Shown: positions 36,096 to 41,309 of the stretch, one piece after another
How the letters are laid out: every line of letters starts with the position of its first letter
Numbering within the stretch: position 1 is the stretch's first letter
NCBI GenBank assembly: GCA_964361885.1
Contig: CAYICL010000004.1
Span: forward strand, 4,116 to 45,424
Length of the DNA stretch: 41,309 bases
From: an uncultured Pseudomonadales bacterium
GTDB taxonomy: Bacteria; Patescibacteriota; Microgenomatia; UBA1400; CG1-02-47-37
Direction: 5' to 3'
Translations under genes and position numbers: made by a program
Notes under the pieces: generated by a model
What the model saw: the letters and a program-made list of their open reading frames with translations, nothing else
Database searches by the model: none
Told to the model about the DNA's origin: nothing

Positions 36096-37524
36096 ACTTT
36101 TGATTATTATATTTATCTTGGCGGCCTTAGTCCGCTTTATTGGCTTAAATCATCTGCCTCCGGCCTTAAATCGCGACGAAGCGACCCTGGGATATAACGC
36201 TTATTCGATTTTAAAAACCGGCCGCGATGAACACGGCCAGTTTCTTCCGCTGACTTTTAAATCCATCGGTGATTACAAAATGCCTTTGTATATTTATGCC
36301 ACTATTATTCCGGTTAAACTCTTTGGCTTGAACGATTTTTCTATACGCTTCTGGTCCGCTTTATCTGGTGTTATTTCTGTCATCGCCGTTTATTTTATTT
36401 CTAAATTACTTTTTACAAATTACTTATTACCTATTACAGCGAGCTTCTTGCTCGCCTTAAATCCCTGGGCGGTTTTTTATTCCCGGATCGCTTATGAGGC
36501 TAACTTAGCTTTGATGTTATTCTTATTAGGTTTATGGCTATTGCTTAAAAAAAAGCCCTTAGGATTTATTTTTTGGTTATTAGCTTGTTTAGCTTATTCG
36601 TCGGCTTTAATTTTTATTCCCTTATTTTTAATTCCGATAATATTTAAAATCCGTCCAAAAACAATTTGGCTAATATTATTTATCACCGCCTTTGCTTTGA
36701 TTTTTATCAAACTTTGGAGCGTTTCCAGCCAAAAACAAAACATTACCATTTTTTCCGACCCTTATCTTATTGATACCTATAATCGGGAGCGCACTCTTCA
36801 GTATCAAATCAATCCTCTTCAAACCAGGCTTTTCTTCAATAAATATGTTTATTTCGGTGGTTTAATCGGTAAAAACTATTTAAAAACTTTTTCCCCTCAA
36901 TTTCTGGTTTTAAAAGGCGACAATCATCCTTGGCATCAAATTCCCGGAGTGGGCAATTTTTATTTTATAGAAATAATTTTTGCTTTAGTTGGCCTAATCG
37001 CTTTACTTAAATCCCGGCATAAAAATAAGTTGATTTTCTTAACTTGGCTCTTGTTGGCGCCACTGGCTTCGGCAATCACGGTTGATGCCCCCCACAGCAC
37101 CCGGTCGTTATTTTTGCTTCCGGTAATCATAATTTTGGCCGCGCTGGGATTCTCTAAAGTTAAAAAATTTATTCCGGTAATTATTTTTTTGTATTTTCTG
37201 AACGTTGCTTATGCTAACTACCAATATCTTGAAATTTATCCGACAAAAGTCAAAGCCAGCCTGCCGGTTGGCATCAAAGAACAACTGTTAGACTTAAAAG
37301 CTCAAAATTATTCTGGTCAAATTTACCTAACCGGAATTCACGACTCCGCCTATTTATACCCTTTGGTATATTTGCCGGTCGAGCCCAAAACTTTTCAGCG
37401 AACCGCTGTTTGGACCCTGCCGGACACTGCCGGATTAACTCATGCTTACCGGTTTAGCCATATTCAGATAATTGACGACTTAAAAGACGTGTCTGACAAC
37501 GGAGTGCTGATTAAAGCGGAGTAG
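36082..37524 (+). CDS. GT-C membrane glycosyltransferase, subfamily A
   Basis: LNRDEATLGYNAYSILKTGRDEHG, FKSIGDYKMP and NPW..YSRIAYEAN. GTG start. Confidence 0.8.
   Translation: MSKNKLLIIIFILAALVRFIGLNHLPPALNRDEATLGYNAYSILKTGRDEHGQFLPLTFKSIGDYKMPLYIYATIIPVKLFGLNDFSIRFWSALSGVISVIAVYFISKLLFTNYLLPITASFLLALNPWAVFYSRIAYEANLALMLFLLGLWLLLKKKPLGFIFWLLACLAYSSALIFIPLFLIPIIFKIRPKTIWLILFITAFALIFIKLWSVSSQKQNITIFSDPYLIDTYNRERTLQYQINPLQTRLFFNKYVYFGGLIGKNYLKTFSPQFLVLKGDNHPWHQIPGVGNFYFIEIIFALVGLIALLKSRHKNKLIFLTWLLLAPLASAITVDAPHSTRSLFLLPVIIILAALGFSKVKKFIPVIIFLYFLNVAYANYQYLEIYPTKVKASLPVGIKEQLLDLKAQNYSGQIYLTGIHDSAYLYPLVYLPVEPKTFQRTAVWTLPDTAGLTHAYRFSHIQIIDDLKDVSDNGVLIKAE
36405..36439. repeat. Degenerate heptamer repeat at the same loop as the 26135 repeat
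   Basis: ATTACTT-TTTACAA-ATTACTT-ATTACCT-ATTACAG. Confidence 0.6.
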
Positions 37525-39004
37525 TAAAACCTCGGCTGTTTAATGATTGCCATTGCTGATCGGTAATTTGATTGTAGCGGTCTTTTCTGATGAATAATAA
37601 AGTTGGTTTGTTATCCCGTTGAATGTTAATATATTTTGCAAGCATCAAGTTTACTTCCTTGTCCCCATAAATTATTTCCGGCGGATTATTACCGTAAAAA
37701 ACTCTTTCATAGTCGGCTTTTAAGTTTGGCACTGACGGTTCCCAGCCATAATAAACCAACTGCCGGGTAGCCGGTCTGGTCCGGGTTTGCCAATAAATAA
37801 TCGGCTGGTTAGCTAGCACTGCTAATCGGTCATCAGGTTTAGCGATATTTTTAATTGCAAAATTAATATCGTCCATAGTAGAAAAGTTAATGTAATACTC
37901 GTTGGCCACATCGGTTTTTAAAAAGTAAGGCATGCTTTTATTAAACATTAAAACCGTTCCCCAGATTAAAAATATCAGTCCAAACTTAAAATTTATTAAC
38001 TTTAAACTAAACCCAAAAGTAAAAATCATTAAACCCAACCAAGGGAGCAAATGAAAACCTTGATAATAAACCGTCCCCGGAGACAGAACTCGGTTATTGG
38101 CCAGTAATAAGAAAAAATAAATTAATCCAAACTTAATTGCTCTTTTATCTTTTTTAATCATTAAATAGCCTAAACTAAACAACCAGCCGCTGAAGAAAAA
38201 GGCAATGAATTTAGCCTGTAAAGAGTTTTTAGTTAAAAAAGACAAGAAAGGGAAAAACACCATTTTTAACCAATCAACCGGCCCCTTGTAGGGGGAAAGG
38301 GCAGGAATAGCATAGACAAAATTGTTATAAATTGTTTCCCTAAACCAATCGACCGGAGAATAATTGCTTGTAAATAAAATAATTATTCCGCTTAACAATC
38401 CTAACCCCAGCCACTTTAATCTTTTTTTCAGTTTAATCAGTAATATCAGCCAGACTAAAGCCAACCACGGCCACAAGGGTACCAGATTGAAAATGACTAA
38501 AAATGAGCAAAAACCTAAAAAGATCAACTCAATTTTTCTTAGAATTATCTTATTAATCCAAGTTTCCAACATTACACCGAAAAGATAAACCGCCGGATAA
38601 ACGGCAAAGGATTCCATCAGCCAGAGGTTGCCGAATAAATAATATTTTAAAAATTCAAAAAATAGCACGAATATCAAACCAGTTATCTTAAAGCGCCAGA
38701 CAATTAGCAGACTCCAGATTAAACCGTAAACAAACATTCCTTGGCGGTGGCGGCGGATAAGCATGAAAATATTTTCAGGATCAAGCAGTCGCTGCAGTTT
38801 GGCCGAGGTAAAATAGACAATCGGCTGGTGGTTTGACTGGATGTCCTGATAAAGCTTATAACCTCTATTAGTGTATCTGGCGATAGTAATATGATCCTCT
38901 TCGTCAACAAAATGCATCGATAAACTTCTTGCTTGGGCGATCTTAAATGACACCAGCATCACTATCGAAAGAATCAAAAAGTGTAAGAGCCGTTTTTTAA
39001 TCAT
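37511..39004 (-). CDS. Multi-TM membrane protein, probable GT-C
   Basis: First-loop HFVDEEDH...LYQDIQSNHQP, many TMs and a soluble C-terminal domain. Confidence 0.62.
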   Translation of the reverse strand: MIKKRLLHFLILSIVMLVSFKIAQARSLSMHFVDEEDHITIARYTNRGYKLYQDIQSNHQPIVYFTSAKLQRLLDPENIFMLIRRHRQGMFVYGLIWSLLIVWRFKITGLIFVLFFEFLKYYLFGNLWLMESFAVYPAVYLFGVMLETWINKIILRKIELIFLGFCSFLVIFNLVPLWPWLALVWLILLIKLKKRLKWLGLGLLSGIIILFTSNYSPVDWFRETIYNNFVYAIPALSPYKGPVDWLKMVFFPFLSFLTKNSLQAKFIAFFFSGWLFSLGYLMIKKDKRAIKFGLIYFFLLLANNRVLSPGTVYYQGFHLLPWLGLMIFTFGFSLKLINFKFGLIFLIWGTVLMFNKSMPYFLKTDVANEYYINFSTMDDINFAIKNIAKPDDRLAVLANQPIIYWQTRTRPATRQLVYYGWEPSVPNLKADYERVFYGNNPPEIIYGDKEVNLMLAKYINIQRDNKPTLLFIRKDRYNQITDQQWQSLNSRGFTTPL

Positions 39005-40412
39005 AATTCAGGATAATCTTGGTTGGCGCCAAACATCTTTCTTCCGTACAATGAACCACCGTATATCTCAAAGCCACATAAATATTTAAAAGCACTAACC
39101 CGATTAAGAAAATCCGTGTCATTAAAAAAGTCAGTTTGTTTATTAAGCTGCTTTTCCTGATTAGTTTAAGGAAGTAAGGGATAAAAAAGATTATGGTGCC
39201 TAGCCGTAAATAAGTCGGATTAATCTCAATTTTTAATAGATCAAATCCGGTTAAACCTAATAACCAAAAAGGTAACGCCAAAAACAAACTGGGCCTTTTC
39301 AGCAATTGATGAGCATAATAACCAATCGCCATCGCCCCAAACGGAATTAACGGATAATAATACCATGGCGAGTTATTAAACCGGCCGGCCGCTAAAAACA
39401 GTACCAATGACCATGAAGTCAAAAAGAAAGCGAAAAACTTAAACTTTTCCTGGCGGTACTTAGTTAACAACCACCAGCTGAAAATAAAGCCTAAAACATA
39501 CCAGCCGTCATGAAACTCGCCGTAAAATCTGGGATTAGTAATCGTGTCAAAAAAAGAATTAACAAAGGTGCCCCTACTTCCCTGATGAGTCAACATATAT
39601 AAAAACGCTTGTTTGTCTACCGTCAAACCATAGCCAATATAACTCAAAATTGAAGCCATTCCGATAATCAAAATTGTCACAAACGTTCTTATTTCCTTTT
39701 TATACCAAAGCCAGCCGGCCAGCATAAAACTGACCGCAAAACCAGGAATTTTAATCCAACCGGGTAAAAACGACAGCAGCACTAAAATTATTAAATCCAG
39801 TTTTCTTTTTGTTTTCAAAAACCGTAATAAAAACACCAAGCTTCCTAAAAATATCGGGGTTAAAATATTTTCCAAAAAAGACTGCCGGTGAGCGACAACG
39901 TAGTAAGGTATGGTGGCTAAAAATATTAAACTTAATCGTCCGACTTTTTCCCCAAACAGTTTCTTACCTAAAACATAAGTCAAAAATAAAGTAAAAATGC
40001 TGGCGACTAAAGCCGGGAATCTGACAATCAGTTGAGGGATTGGTCCAAACCCATGATAACCTAGAAGTTTGGCCGGCAAGCCGATTAAAGCTGCCCCTAA
40101 AGGCGGGTGGTCCAGCCACGGCCGGACAATTTTCATCCCGAATCTTTCTATCGGAATAAAATCCATAAATTGGGAGCGCCAGATTAAAGCCGAATTGTTG
40201 GTGTCAAAAATCGAGTGCGTTATTGGCTTCAGCGGATTCTCCCAAAAAGTGATTCCCGCCCAGGCATAAAACAGGCCGTCATCATTATTATCCACAGGAT
40301 ATGTATCCGCCTTAAAACTTCTTAAGCTTATTCCTAAAAGGATTAAGGTCCAGACAAGGAATAATGATATAATTCCTTTAGTTTTAGTAATTTTATGAAG
40401 CAACTTGGTCAT
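38997..40412 (-). CDS. GT-C (PMT_2-like) membrane glycosyltransferase
   Basis: NNDDGLFYAWAG, DHPPLG, VRFPA, R...LEN, IKIPG and WYYYP. Confidence 0.75.
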   Translation of the reverse strand: MTKLLHKITKTKGIISLFLVWTLILLGISLRSFKADTYPVDNNDDGLFYAWAGITFWENPLKPITHSIFDTNNSALIWRSQFMDFIPIERFGMKIVRPWLDHPPLGAALIGLPAKLLGYHGFGPIPQLIVRFPALVASIFTLFLTYVLGKKLFGEKVGRLSLIFLATIPYYVVAHRQSFLENILTPIFLGSLVFLLRFLKTKRKLDLIILVLLSFLPGWIKIPGFAVSFMLAGWLWYKKEIRTFVTILIIGMASILSYIGYGLTVDKQAFLYMLTHQGSRGTFVNSFFDTITNPRFYGEFHDGWYVLGFIFSWWLLTKYRQEKFKFFAFFLTSWSLVLFLAAGRFNNSPWYYYPLIPFGAMAIGYYAHQLLKRPSLFLALPFWLLGLTGFDLLKIEINPTYLRLGTIIFFIPYFLKLIRKSSLINKLTFLMTRIFLIGLVLLNIYVALRYTVVHCTEERCLAPTKIILNYD

Positions 40413-40925
40413 TTTTTATTTTTTCTTTTAACTTTGATTTGGCTGAGCCTTTTATTATTTTATCAGGTTTTTGTTAATTCACGCTATCAGCGGGTTAGTT
40501 TAAAGCAGGCTGTTTCCGCCTTTAATCAGTTAAAATATCAACCTCCGGTTTTAGGCGAACCGGCGCCGCCGCCGGATTCAGGGAAAATTGAGATTGTTTG
40601 CCGTCCGGTTTGCCAATTTAAAATTAATAATAAAATAGTTCGCAGTCGAACCGACAGCGATGCCGCCGGCGGAGTGACAGCCTTAACTCTGCATTTCTTT
40701 GATCCCGAAAAAGGTTTGATCGGTTATCAAGATCACGCGGACAACCCGAATTTTTATGTGATTGATAATCAAAGCAACCTGCTTCAGGTAGTCAGATTAA
40801 AATTAGATCAGCTGGAGTTTTCTTTTCAGGCTTATTATCCGCAAACCCAGCAGATCTTATTCCGCTCCGACCAGGGAGAAAACTTCCTTTATGCGGCTAA
40901 CCGTCCGGCTTTGCAACTTTTATGA
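40395..40925 (+). CDS. Hypothetical membrane-anchored protein
   Basis: N-terminal hydrophobic helix, Pro-rich linker and beta-rich domain. Coupled by an ATGA overlap to the next gene. Confidence 0.65.
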   Translation: MKQLGHFLFFLLTLIWLSLLLFYQVFVNSRYQRVSLKQAVSAFNQLKYQPPVLGEPAPPPDSGKIEIVCRPVCQFKINNKIVRSRTDSDAAGGVTALTLHFFDPEKGLIGYQDHADNPNFYVIDNQSNLLQVVRLKLDQLEFSFQAYYPQTQQILFRSDQGENFLYAANRPALQLL

Positions 40926-41309
40926 AATTATCTATTATTATTCCTAGCTATAACGAAGCCGCTACCCTTAATCAGATAATTATCCGGGTTAAAAAGCAAA
41001 ACCTAAAAAATGTTACCAAGGAAATTATTGTTATTGATGACGGCTCCACGGATTCAACCAAAAAAATTCTTTCCCGCCAAACAGGCATCAAAACAGTTTC
41101 ATTAACCAAAAATCAAGGCAAAGGCGCCGCCATTCGTACCGGCATTAAGCAAGCCACCGGGAACTATGTTTTAATTCAGGATGCTGATTTGGAATATGAT
41201 CCGGCCGATATCCAATCACTTCTGGCTCCGATTTTAAACAAAAAAGCCCAGGTAGTTTATGGCTCCCGTTTTTTAGGTCCGCATAAAAACATGCTTTTTT
41301 GGCACTTAA
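40922..41309 (+). CDS. DPM1-like GT2 polyprenyl-phosphate glycosyltransferase (3' truncated; not in the ORF track)
   Basis: My translation: MKLSIIIPSYNE...IIVIDDGSTD...NQGKGAAIRTG...LIQDADLEYDP...VVYGSRF. The frame is open to the window end. Confidence 0.88.
   Translation, partial: MKLSIIIPSYNEAATLNQIIIRVKKQNLKNVTKEIIVIDDGSTDSTKKILSRQTGIKTVSLTKNQGKGAAIRTGIKQATGNYVLIQDADLEYDPADIQSLLAPILNKKAQVVYGSRFLGPHKNMLFWHL

Noticed and set aside
1089-40269. Numerous 60-130 aa alternative-frame or antisense ORFs in the track (e.g. 7419-7808, 11219-11497, 15525-15806, 28523-28804)
   Set aside because: They lie within well-supported genes, carry no motifs, and are expected by chance.
1-41309. Recoded genome (TGA=Gly), prophage, transposase or DGR as the source of paralog diversity
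   Set aside because: TGA ends many full-length genes, and no integrase, transposase, reverse transcriptase or template/variable repeat pair was recognised.

Overview
This is a gene-dense, AT-rich bacterial window using genetic code 11 (TGA is a stop). Many genes are coupled by ATGA overlaps and Shine-Dalgarno motifs are essentially absent, which is compatible with a reduced-genome CPR/Patescibacteria (Microgenomates-like) organism; the taxonomy is inferred, not proven. The first 3.5 kb hold def (5'-truncated), a hicB-hicA module, trmD, an EamA/DMT transporter and an unusual riboflavin kinase/type-1 IPP isomerase fusion. The remaining ~38 kb are one surface-glycosylation locus that runs off the right edge. 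It contains ugd, two tandem gmd paralogs (one lacking the catalytic Glu), a Wzx flippase and four soluble GT2/GT4 enzymes. It also contains a complete GDP-D-glycero-alpha-D-manno-heptose cassette (hddC-gmhA-hddA-gmhB plus a second nucleotidyltransferase), four polyprenyl-phosphate-sugar synthase-like GT2s and 15 multi-TM GT-C-like proteins. The most interesting hypothesis is a lipid-linked heptose (polyprenyl-P-heptose) donor feeding an expanded GT-C array, analogous to the Dol-P-Man/PMT system. At fine scale there are short palindromes and heptamer repeats inside genes, gene-conversion-like identity tracts between the gmd paralogs, and repeated -10 boxes 6-8 nt upstream of start codons, including one bidirectional ATTATAAT. 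No rRNA, tRNA, CRISPR array or transposase was recognised.
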